From contig NC_092353.1 in assembly GCF_963676685.1 (NCBI RefSeq), positions 68,014,001 through 68,078,000 on the forward strand: 64,000 nucleotides of DNA, written 5' to 3'. The notes beneath the pieces were generated by a model that saw only the letters and a list, made by a program, of their open reading frames with translations, made no database searches and had not been told where the DNA came from. This document shows, piece after piece, positions 41,901 to 53,900 of this stretch; the stretch's first letter is position 1, and every line of letters begins with the position of its first letter. Source of the stretch: Mytilus edulis (Eukaryota). Made by a program: the position numbers and the translations under genes.

Positions 41901-44900
41901 TTGAGTTAACCATGATGAGTTACAGATCCAATTTAAGTTTCGTTCCACTCTGCTAATTTTTGCCGAAATAACAGGCTTTGGACTTTGATAAATTGTTGAA
42001 AATCACAGATATGTACACACTTTTTGTCACAGATCAAGGTTAAGTTTAGTTCCGCTCTGCTAATTTTTGCCAAAATTAAGGGTTTATTACTTTGAAAATT
42101 GTAAAAAATCACAATTATACAGATTTTTTTTCTATACGCCTCAAGATTTTCAGCTGATTTATGATATGTGAGACTACCATCATGTTTGTGTCCACATGTG
42201 TTATAGAAGTTTTTTCACACTTTTTGAGACGGGGCCATTCGTGTCGCTGTGACACATCTAGTTTGTTTTGTATTGCTTATTTCATTTATCATACTTCTTT
42301 TTGCAAAGTCATTAATATGTAAAAATTGATTGTGAAAGAAACAAAACTGTCAATTTTGTTTAACGAAAAAATAATAGTATGACTAATCTTTATATTTTGA
42401 TTCATGATTTCAGCGGATCCAATATTAAGCAACATCTGTCAAAGTATTTCATTGATACTTCCAAACTGTTAAATAGTAGTGGTGGTCAGACCGAAATGAT
42501 AGAGCTGTGTTTGCTGATCTTGCAGTGCATGGAGGTCAGTAGTTACCCCTGCTTATAAACTTTGGTTTTTGCTGTATAGACAGAACATTTTGTAACATAT
42601 ATGATTCGAGTTTGGCCAAAACCTATTTTCATTTTTAAAAGAGTACTCGATTGACATTTTCGCAGCAATTATATTTCGTAATATGGATTAATCGACATGT
42701 CTTCTCTATCAGGTCCTGAAAACCAACCAAGCAATTCGCCTTTAGTTAAACTATCATCAGACCTGGTTGATCTGTGTAGTTAAAATCCAAATTGCTAAAT
42801 AAAGGCAACAGTAGTATACCGCTGTTCAAAACTCGTAAATCTATGGACAAAAAACTAAATTGGGGTAACAAACTTAAACTGAGGGAAACGCATTAAATAT
42901 AAGAGGAAAACAACGACACAACATTAAAATATAACATACACAGAAACGGACTACGCATTAGACAAAATCCGATGAGAATAACAAATATAACATCAAAACC
43001 AAATACATAAATTTTGGATAGAAAAGTACCTTGACTCGTCTTATAGTAATGTGAATTTACACTCAAATATAAGAGAAAACAAACGACACAACGGAAACAC
43101 AACGTTAAAATGTTACACACACAGAAACGAACTATAATATAACAATGGCCATTTTCCTGACTTAGTCATATTCATTATATACTTTATTGACTGAAGGACT
43201 TTAAAATCTACATTCATACTTATGACACTGGTATGGACCGTGAGGTAATTGACATAGCTGGAACTGCATTATTTCAACTAAACAATAAAAAAAAATATGA
43301 AAAAATAAAAAGTCATTGTATTTTTAGAAACAAATCACTTATTTAGGTTTTTAATGACGTGACTTTGTTATGGCTTCATGACTTGAAATGTTCATTTTCG
43401 TTGTTAAAAAAACCCACATAAATAGTTTGTCTTCAACAAACACAAAAAAACAAGACTTCGTGTGACATTAAAAATGTGAGTGACTTATATTTGTTCAGAT
43501 GACATTACAATTGTTTATTGTCTCATCTGCTAAGGATGTGTGCATATTTTGTTTTGGCTGTGTAAATTATTTCCAACCCAAGTACAGGCTGTCCTTCTTT
43601 AAGTTATGATTTGTATTGCCATCTTGGTAACTGTTCTTGTTTTAGACCGAACTGTTATACATAGTATACGTTAATTGATCATTAGATATAAGTAGTACAT
43701 AATATTATCTTTGCAGGATGCTCTCCAGCAAAATCAGCAAAATCTTCGAGATTCTCAGAAAGAACTAATCCAGACAGCAAAGATGCTTCATGAATGTAGT
43801 GAACAATTACCAGATAAATCTGGGATTCTTGATCAAATAGAATTGATTGCATCGATAAAATATGCTTTGTCAGTTGTCGCGCGGTACATGCAGAAGACCT
43901 GTAGACAGTCTCATATCATTCCCCTTAGTTCTGATATGAAAAATATGTTAAAAGCAGCTGCAGAGTTGTGTTATAAGTATGGATCAGCATGGCCAAGGTT
44001 TGTTTAGCTGATTTTGTGTTATACATTTGGTAAAAATTATTTTCGAAATAAAATTATATATGTTTGAAAAAAAACCTTGAACCAAAAGGAATGACTTCAT
44101 TTAGCACGTTCAAAGTAAAATGTACTTTAAAAAAACTTAATTTATATGGTTACGTTATTACTTTCATATTTTGAATTATTAGTAGATCTTTACAAAAAAT
44201 GATAAACTATCTGCTACTAGTATATAACCTTAATTGTTGTTATATGATGTTTTATTAAGGTTGTATTTCGTGAAGGAGGTTTGCAGGAACTTTGGTCTTG
44301 ATAGCTATCAAGCAATAATGGAAAAAGAAGACATTGAAGATTTGCAATGGGTCCGTCTTCCAGACGTTGAGGTAATATTTGTAAATAGTTTATAAATGAC
44401 ACTTGAAGTCGATCTTTAGATTTACAATGATGTTCTCAAAACCAAACTCTCCATATACTAAAGTCACTACCGTTTTAGATGATGTTCTAAACTGCACATA
44501 TTTTGTTTTCAAACATTTTTTGTAACTATAATGGTCATTCTTAAATTCGATAAATAAACTCGGTTTATAAATATATAATTTACATTCCTTCAGTGACTTA
44601 AAGTCTTGGATAATCTTTATTATGAACGTTCTGTTTTGTGGAATTAAAATTAACCTTTCAAAAGTTTCACCTTATAATTACATTCTTGAGATTTCTTTTG
44701 TTTACGGATGATAATTATTGTTAATTTTAATTAGTCTCAGTTAATCTTTCGAAAATTTACATTAAAGCATGCACCATTACAATACAGGTCGACAATAGTC
44801 AAACAATATTTTACAAAACACAACATAGAAAACAAATATACAAGCAATATAAACCATATCAAAAACCAAAGTAATCTCATGAGTTCGGAAAAAGGTAAGA

Positions 44901-47900
44901 TTGTTCTACTCTACGATTGACACTGGCATGAAAATACGGATTTTTTGGTGTTATTAATATTTGCTGTTACAAAATGATAGAAATTATTATAAATTAAGGA
45001 ATGTATCTCCCTCATGCAAAGCTCTGATTCCTTTCACAGATTTGGCTATACTTTTTGGACCTTTTGGATTATAGCTCTTCATCTTTTATATAAGCTTTGG
45101 ATTTCAAATATTTTGGCCACGAGCATCACTGAAAAGACATGTATTGTCGAAATGCGCATCTGGTGCAAGAAAATTGATACCGTTAATTTTATTACTATCA
45201 CTGGGTCGATGCCTCTGCTGGTGGACTATTAGTTCCCGAGGGTATCACCAGCCCAGTAGCCAGTACTTCGGTACTGGCATGAAAATACGGATTTTTTTTT
45301 GTGTTATTAAAATTTGCTGTTACAAAATGATAGAAATTATTATAAATTAAGGAATGTATCTCCCTCATGCAAAGCTCTGATTCCTTTCACAGATTTGGCT
45401 ATACTTTTTGGACCTTTTGGATTATAGCTCTTCATCTTTTATATAAGCTTTGGATTTCAAATATTTTGGCCACGAGCATCACTGAAAAGACATGTATTGT
45501 CGAAATGCGCATCTGGTGCAAGAAAATTGATACCGTTAATTTTATTACTATCACTGGGTCGATGCCTCTGCTGGTGGACTATTAGTTCCCGAGGGTATCA
45601 CCAGCCCAGTAGCCAGTACTTCGGTACTGGCATGAAAATACGGAATTTTTTTTGTGTTATTAAAATTTGCTGTTACAAAATGATAGAAATTATTATAAAT
45701 TAAGGAATGTATCTCCCTCATGCAAAGCTCTGATTCCTTTCACAGATTTGGCTATACTTTTTGGACCTTTTGGATTATAGCTCTTCATCTTTTATATAAG
45801 CTTTGGATTTCAAATATTTTGGCCACGAGCATCACTGAAGAGACATGTATTGTCGAAATGTGCATCTGGTGCAAGAAAATTGATACCGTTAATTTTATTG
45901 ACACCCGTCGTGTTTGTTTTAATACAAGTACACATTTGGTGACAAGTCTAAGTTTTGTACTTTTGACATGCTGCCATTGAAAATTATTAACAGTTGAAGT
46001 TCGAAGAGTATCCTGTATTAAAAGGGGATGTATATGATAGCTAGATCGTATTTTTTTAAGGCTGTTCAAAATTCATAAATAGATTGAGAAAAACCAAAGC
46101 AAATCCGGGTTACAAACTCAAACTGAGGGAAACACATCAAATGTATTTGTTTATTTTTATTACAGGTAAAGGAATGTTTTGACAGATACATCGTCAACGG
46201 ACCTGACTACACTAAAATCCGGGACGCAGTGAATGATATGATTCTTATAAAAGATAGTGATAGATTGACACGAATTCTTCAGGTTTGTAAAAAATGAAAA
46301 TAACAAATTATAAATTCCATGCGTCCGAAGGAACGCCTAAAGCCAAATACTCTTGTAGAACTTTCCTTTTTGTACAGTGTATTTTGTTTTATGATTTTGT
46401 TTGAAATAACTAAGTGCAATTTATATATATATATACCAAACTATTGTATTTTAGATTTAAAAAATATAGTTTTTTTTCTCAATATTTAAAAAAATGATGT
46501 TTTTTATAAATGGTTTGCCAAAATATCAATTTGGAATGAATCTGGAACTATTTCGTTTACTGTTTCAGACAAATACCCAATCACAGTGGCAGACGAACAT
46601 CGATGTTCGACTAGCTCTTTATAGAGAGATAACACTGAACAATTTATACATTGAAGAACCGAAGAAGATAGCACAAAAGGTAAAAGTGAAAAATAAAGCA
46701 AATTGTGATAACACATAACACTCTATAATCTATATTCCAAAACGTTTTTTTTTAATTCATTTCACGGAAAAAAAACTTATAGTCGCAAACACTATGACTT
46801 CATGATTTTTACATTATCATCTAGTTGGTTAAATTGTTGCTAATTGCATTTTGTGGACTGATGTCAGATTTAAAAAAATTCTTTATTACTTTGATTTCTA
46901 TGTTTCTTTAACCCTCAATTGATAGTTGGGATGCTAAAATCTTTATACATTTGGTTTAAATGAAATCCTGGATGATGAGAATGACAATGGAAACAGTTTA
47001 ATTGCAATACTCATAGAAGAAGACCCTATATCAATACTGAACGAATAACAATGAGATGAAGAACAACGATCAAGAGTTGTTGACGTATTTCTAAACTATG
47101 TTAAAGTCCTTCCTTTAATCACAAAGTGATTAAAATATTAATCTAGAATTGTCTCTCTTTATCTGTTGTTTACAGCAAATCACAAATACCAAAATTAAAA
47201 TGTTACAGACTTTCTGTATATTAAACTCATTTGTGTAGAGGTCCAATCCTCTGTTTTTCATTTATAACTTTTACAACTAATATAAAAACAATCCCTTGAA
47301 TTAAACATACATTTTATTACACCAACTTGCATTTACATTTTCATGGCTAGAATATACATTTTTACTTTTTGGCATTACTTTGGCTACAGGTTATTCTATA
47401 ATATTTTGGTGAGGCGCCAGGGTGACTACCGATTACCTATACACAATGGCTATTAGCTGACCTATGTTGACATAATGTCATAAAACCTCTGGTAGTTAAA
47501 CACGGTTACACCACCACCTACCATGGGGAGTGACCGGGGAAAACACTCGTATTACCAATGCTCCAGTTATTAGTGCCCCATCTGTTGGCAGGTGTAGGCC
47601 TTCCCTCTATAAGATGAGGTGGATGAGGCCCCAGAGTTACCCATCTGCAGACGCCACCATTACCACTAACCACATTTTCCAAACCTGCAAATTGTAGAAC
47701 TTGTCAGGTACAGAGCAAGGGCCGAGTGAAATAATCCCCCAATCACTACCAGTCTCCCTGGACCTCCCCCCATTCAAAATTGACTCTGTGCCTAAGGATA
47801 GTAGAAGATTATTGATTTCTTTAAAATGTCTTGTTTTCTTTCCAATTGTTCAAGTGTTTGCCACTGCATAATTATACATATGTGTTTAAACCTGATGAGG

Positions 47901-50900
47901 TATCATCAGTTTCCTTAGGTACTTCTGCACACGTGTCCGACCTCTTTTGTTTTCTTGGCAGTTCTTTTCCGGCCAGCTCCGTCTTTCTTTTGGGCAATTT
48001 TTTCGTGCTGCACTCGCTTTCCTCCTGTCCTGCTGGTCGTTCTTCTTTTCTTCCCCATGGCCCTTGATGGCGATCCTATGGCATTTCTCTTGTTAGGCAT
48101 CTTCTTTTTGGATAGTTTAACTAATTTGCGTAACACCTGCTTTCTTGTCGACAGCAAATTAACAAGTGCCCGATACGGGAATTCCAAAATTCTATTCATG
48201 CTGATACGGGAATTCTAAAATTCTAATTCATGCTGCGAGCGCCGTCTATGGCCATGCCAAATATTGCATTGAGCTACAGGCTGCAACACCCACGCACCCA
48301 CACGAATATTTGATTGAATTAAACCAGATTATTGAAAATATAAAAAAAAATTAATCTCAATTAATGGAAAGGTTTAAGGAGAGTTTCCAAAAAACCTGTA
48401 TCTTTTATTAATTAAAGATTTAGTTTCAAATGATTGATTGTTGGAGTTTTAACGCAATTTTTTTGGCCAGTTTTGGGCTATTCCATGGTGGTAAGGTTTT
48501 ATTGGTGGAGGAAGCCAGAGTGCCCGGGGAAAATCACCGACCTTCGATAGGAAACCTGACAATCCTAGTCAGTTAAGATTGGAGTGCATCATCAGTGTTG
48601 ACTGACTAGTGAACTAGTGATTATAGCAGTAGAACTACATAGACCACTTGGACACCGAGGTCATTAGTTTCAATAGATAAAACATTTTAAGATTATTTGT
48701 TTTTATATCTTTGAAATTGTGTGTAACAGTTTTTGATTCGTTCTCCAGTCCGTCCGTACGTTTGCCAGTCACATAGTCGTTATTTCGTGTTCGGGTGCTA
48801 ACTCCGGATATATTATCGAATAGCAACCATACTTTTAGTTTTAAATGATTTTGTGCTTTTATTAAGTTTTTATGCCCCATTTATGGGCATTATGTTTTCT
48901 GGTCTGTGCGTTCGTCCGTTCGTCCGTTTGCACCGGTCCAGGTTAAAGTTTTTGGTCGAGGTAGTTTTTGATGAAGTTGAAGTCTAATCAACTTGAAACT
49001 TAGTACACATGTTTCCTATGATATGATCTTTCTAATTTTAATGCCAAATTAGAGTTTTTATGCCATGTTCACGGTCCCCTGAACATAGAAAATGATAGTG
49101 CGGATGGGGCATCCGTGTACTGGGGACACATTCTTGTTTCAAATGTCAAGGCATTTGTAACACGTTATCCATAACAGATAAGATATGTTAGAGCAATGTT
49201 CTTTTGGAGACTTTTTAAAATAATTGTTTTATTGTTTTTTGGAATTTTCGATGTTAACCAAACTTTACCTCAAATATATATATATATATATATATAAGCA
49301 TATATCTATTTGAAGAAAAGTTCATCTCTATTATATATGATATTTCTCGTGAAATTTTTTGTCAGAAAAGATTTGTCAACTCGTGACATGCATGTGTTTA
49401 ATTCATGATGGTTATATTCTTATTTAATGATATTGTATGACAAACATTGTTATTAATGCAAGTCATGGTTTTACCCAGACGTTGGCCTTATATTCTAAAA
49501 CATAGAAAGGTTGTAGTAATTTATTCAATATCCAGTAATATGTGAAAGTAAAAGTTCAATAAAAGATGTATTGTATCAAAGTGAGCTATTTTATGGAAGT
49601 TTGGTCTCCTCTATAGTTTAGTTTCAAATGTTGAAAAGGTGCAAATAATTGTTAGAAATACAGTAGATCTTGACCGAATGTTTCATATATGATATTATTG
49701 TTAATGGACATTAAAATAAAATATATTTACATTAATTAAGTTTGTATCTTGTAATTTTAGAGACTCGAATTTGTTATAGAATGCATTCAAGAGTCTGTCC
49801 TGATTGACGATGAGGTATATTATCAAACATTTGTTTTATAAAGTACACTTTAAACAGCACTACATTCAGTAAATATTGACACTAAACAACTCAAAACCTA
49901 AAAACAATAGATACGAAAATAATATAGTTTATGATTTAATGAAAAAAATGAAGGGCATATTTACCACAAAACAAATCACATATTTATCCATTTATGTTTT
50001 ATATAATTAATAATAAAGACATAAAAAGGGGTTTACACCTAAACTGGGGACGATTCAAAATGATCCTAATGTCCTAAGTAACCAAGTGTCAAAATGATTG
50101 TATTCACACCCTGTTAGTCAGCAAACTAAATAAATGTTCAGTTAACCCTATGTCGTATATATGTGAACTTATTTACAAATTTGTAACTTTTGAAGAACAT
50201 GTTTTGCAACAAACAGTCCGCATTCATACTATAACCAATTGGTTTGTTCCTTTATTCGTGATTTCAACTTAAAGTTCTACTATACAGTTGACGTCCTTTC
50301 ACTGAACAATTCATTTTCTGTGACATATCGACATTTCATTGAAGTATAACATGAATGAAACCACATATACATTTCGTCATAAATGTTGATTTAAATCTTT
50401 AAATTGACAATGAATGTGACTTGAGATCTGACTCAAAAGAGAGCTGAATTTATTTTCCCGTTTATAAAACTTGACACTTATGTGTAGCATTCTTCCGACA
50501 GTATGGTTGTTAAGAAATACATTTATATTTAACATCATACATTTTATATTTCGCTTATAGCACTTTTCATGCTAATCCGAAATTTATATAAATGAGACAA
50601 GAAAACATTATATGGATATAGGTAATGTGATATGAGTGCCAATAAGACAACTCTCCATCCAAGTAACAATTTATAAAAGTAAACCATTATAGGTCAATTG
50701 CAAGGTACGGCTCGCACCGAACAGAAAGATATAAAGGGCCCCGAAAATTACTAGTGTAAAACCATTCAAACGGGTTTCCTTATGATTATAAAGTCTTTCT
50801 TAACATGTAAAGAAAATGTAATTATCTTCCTTTTTACCTGTGAACAGCAAGACACTGTGATGTTGATTTTAAACAATAGCCTGTGGAAAAAAGACGCAAG

Positions 50901-53900
50901 AATGAATGTGTATCCTACTATGGACATCGGGCAACAAAATATTGTATGCCTTCTACTTCATTATCGGATGCTTATGAGTTTTCTACCAGGAAAAACAACA
51001 CTGATCATGCCTTTAAAGAACATAGCAATTCATCCCGAAATAATGGTGGTAAGCACTATGTATTAATCAACAGTTATTTTGCAACGTGAAATACGAAAAA
51101 TAAATTCACCAAATTGTTTACTTTCTCAATATTTTGCCAATTCTTTAAAGAAGGCCAAATAAATTGCAATTAAAATCAATTCAGAAAAAGACTTGCTAAA
51201 GAACAATGTACATTTAGATTGATTAAGCCATGTATAAATACCGAAAATAAAGATAAAATTATATATTCATGCTGTCATTACTATTCAAATTAAATGGCCG
51301 TTTTCGCTTTTCTTTATTCGAGCATCACTGATGACTTGTATAGAAGAAACACGCATCTGGCGCAAATACAAAATTTGCATTCTGTTATATATGCTGAGTT
51401 TATTTATATCCTTTATTTGTTTTTATCGTTCAGATATTCTTCTGTACAAATTAAATGGCCGTTTTCGCTTTTCTTTATTCGAGCATCACTGATGACTTGT
51501 ATAGAAGAAACACGCATCTGGCGCAAATACAAAATTTGCATTCTGTTATATATGCTGAGTTTATTTATATCCTTTATTTGTTTTTATCGTTCAGATATTC
51601 TTCTGTACATTTTAGCAACGATGCTTCGCTCTTTGACAACATTGAATGTTGGTTTGATATCTGCTACATTGTTTTGTGAAAAATCGTAATTCTTATCATG
51701 GTCGAAAAATACTATTTTGCAGGAATCATATTACCCAGCCATGCCAGAAGATGATGTAGAATTTTTAACTACAGTGATGCGAGATTTCTCTAAGGAACAT
51801 AACCTAAAATCATGGCACACAGGGGAAGATAAACCGACTTTTTATAGTGAGTTTTTATTCAACAGGACTGTGTTAGACATAAACAAAAATCGAAATGCTT
51901 CAAAAGGAAATATATTACAATGAAATCAGTATAGTGTAACTGTTTTTCATGTGTCATAAAGTTTTGTTTATAAAAAGAAACAGTAATGTTTATTAACGAA
52001 AATCTATAGTTATGTATAGGACTCTGTTACAATACATAGTAAATATATAAATAACTCACTTTAATCATAATGATAATAAGGTTTCAAATTTGATATTCGT
52101 AACACTAGGTTTTCAATTTGAATTTCAGAATGTCCCCAGGGACATCCATATGCCATTGGGGATGTAAGTATAACTACTTGGAATTGATTTCTATCTCCTT
52201 GTCGCTTATGTAACACAAAACCGACTGATACTAAACAAAACAAAAACACTGACATCAAAAGAGGGTCGCCACAATTAAACTGGAACTATTTTTAAATACT
52301 GCTTGATAGGAGTTTGCATTTCTTTTATTACGACTATGGAAATCAATAAATGAAGACGACAACGACGTGGACAATAATTATTCACAAAGTTGGTACATTA
52401 TGGTCATGTTTTCCTAACAATTATTATTTGTGAATATTTAAACTATTTGCTTACAGTCTGCAATGTGACCCCTAACATTCTCCACCTATTTTTACTTTCG
52501 TTTTTTGTCTTCCTTAATGTCACAAATTTCTTCAAATGTAACAAAAAGGTAGAATATGCTTTGTAAACCTGAATGACTAACTTTTATTATAAAAGGCAGG
52601 TGCATTAACATATTTTTTGACGAAACAACTTTATTTTATCAGAAATGTACTGCTTTTGAATTATTATCTTCCGTTCTTTAAATCGCAACAGCTTTACTGT
52701 ATGCAGTGACCTTAACTATGAAATTTTTTGGTAGAAATTTGCAGAAGTGAGTTAAAAAAACTAAAAAAGTTTAAACCTACCTGAATGATAGATAGTATGA
52801 ATCAATTCTGTATTTCTTTGATAGTCTACATAAGCTTCATACTCATTATTAAATCAACAAAGTTAACCTATTACAATCATTCAATGTTTATTTGTGCAAT
52901 TTTTTTTAGAAATATATCTTATTTGTAGTGCGGAAATCCTTACAGTGTACTTACCTGTTTTTGCGGAGAAAAAATTGGTGGATCAGGACACGTCTTACTT
53001 CCTGGGAATAAACAGACGTCCAGGTAAAGTCAAAATTAGGATAAACATACCGAACAAACTCGTTGTATTGACTTGTAAACTACTCATATTTAAGCCTTTC
53101 GCTTCATATATCTTTCTGGTTATCTAACATAAGTGATTAAAAATGTGTGGCAATTGTCAAATTGGTTCTAAAATCAATAGATATAGGGAGATGTGTTGTG
53201 AGTGCCAATGAGACAACTCTCCATCTAAATAACAATTTATAAAAGTAAACCATTATAGGTCAATGTACGGCCTCCAACACGGAGCCTTGACTCACACCGA
53301 ACAACAAGCTAAAAAGGGCCCCAAAATTACTAGCGTTAAACCATTCAAACGGGAAAACCAACGGTCTAATCTATATAAAAAACGAGAAACGAGAAACACG
53401 TATAAATTACATAAACAAACGACAACTACTGTACATCAGATTATATTTTGATTTGTGTACTTTCGTGAAACATTGCCTTTTGGTTGAATATAACAATGTT
53501 TTCAAAATAACGACAAAAATTAAACAAATTACGCTAAAGAATATGTATTCGCTTCATACATCTTGAAAAATGAAACACAATCATAACTCTTCCAGACAGA
53601 TCTTCAAACAAATATTTTTATAATTATTTACTTCCATTTCATAGGAATTTTTATTTATCCAAGTGCAGGTTGTCCCTCTTTATTATGAACATTATTCATT
53701 TCAGAAATATGTGTTCCGTTTATCATAAAATATAGCGTAATTACTTTGTCTGGTTCCATACTATTATTCCATTGACCATTTTGGTATGCTAAACACGACA
53801 ACGCATACATTTTAGTGTCCATAGATTAGATTACACAGGAAATTTATAAATATAGTGTACCATTCGCATAAATCATTACCTGAACTGTATATATGTTCAA

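Larger units (their letters stand above)
44924..45896 (+). mobile_element. Non-LTR retrozyme: ~2.75 tandem copies of a 353-bp hammerhead-containing unit, 8-bp TSD
   Basis: Period 353 bp with one hammerhead per unit; ATTGACAC at 44916-44923 and 45897-45904; inserted into a Penelope-like tail that resumes at CCGTCGTG. Confidence 0.85.

Noticed and set aside
45014-45980. Repeated 72-aa and 68-aa ORFs as a tandem gene family
   Set aside because: They are chance frames in the 353-bp ribozyme repeat, with no recognisable protein motif.
51294-51689. 131-aa hydrophobic ORF
   Set aside because: It is produced by the 161-bp T-rich duplication within an intron.
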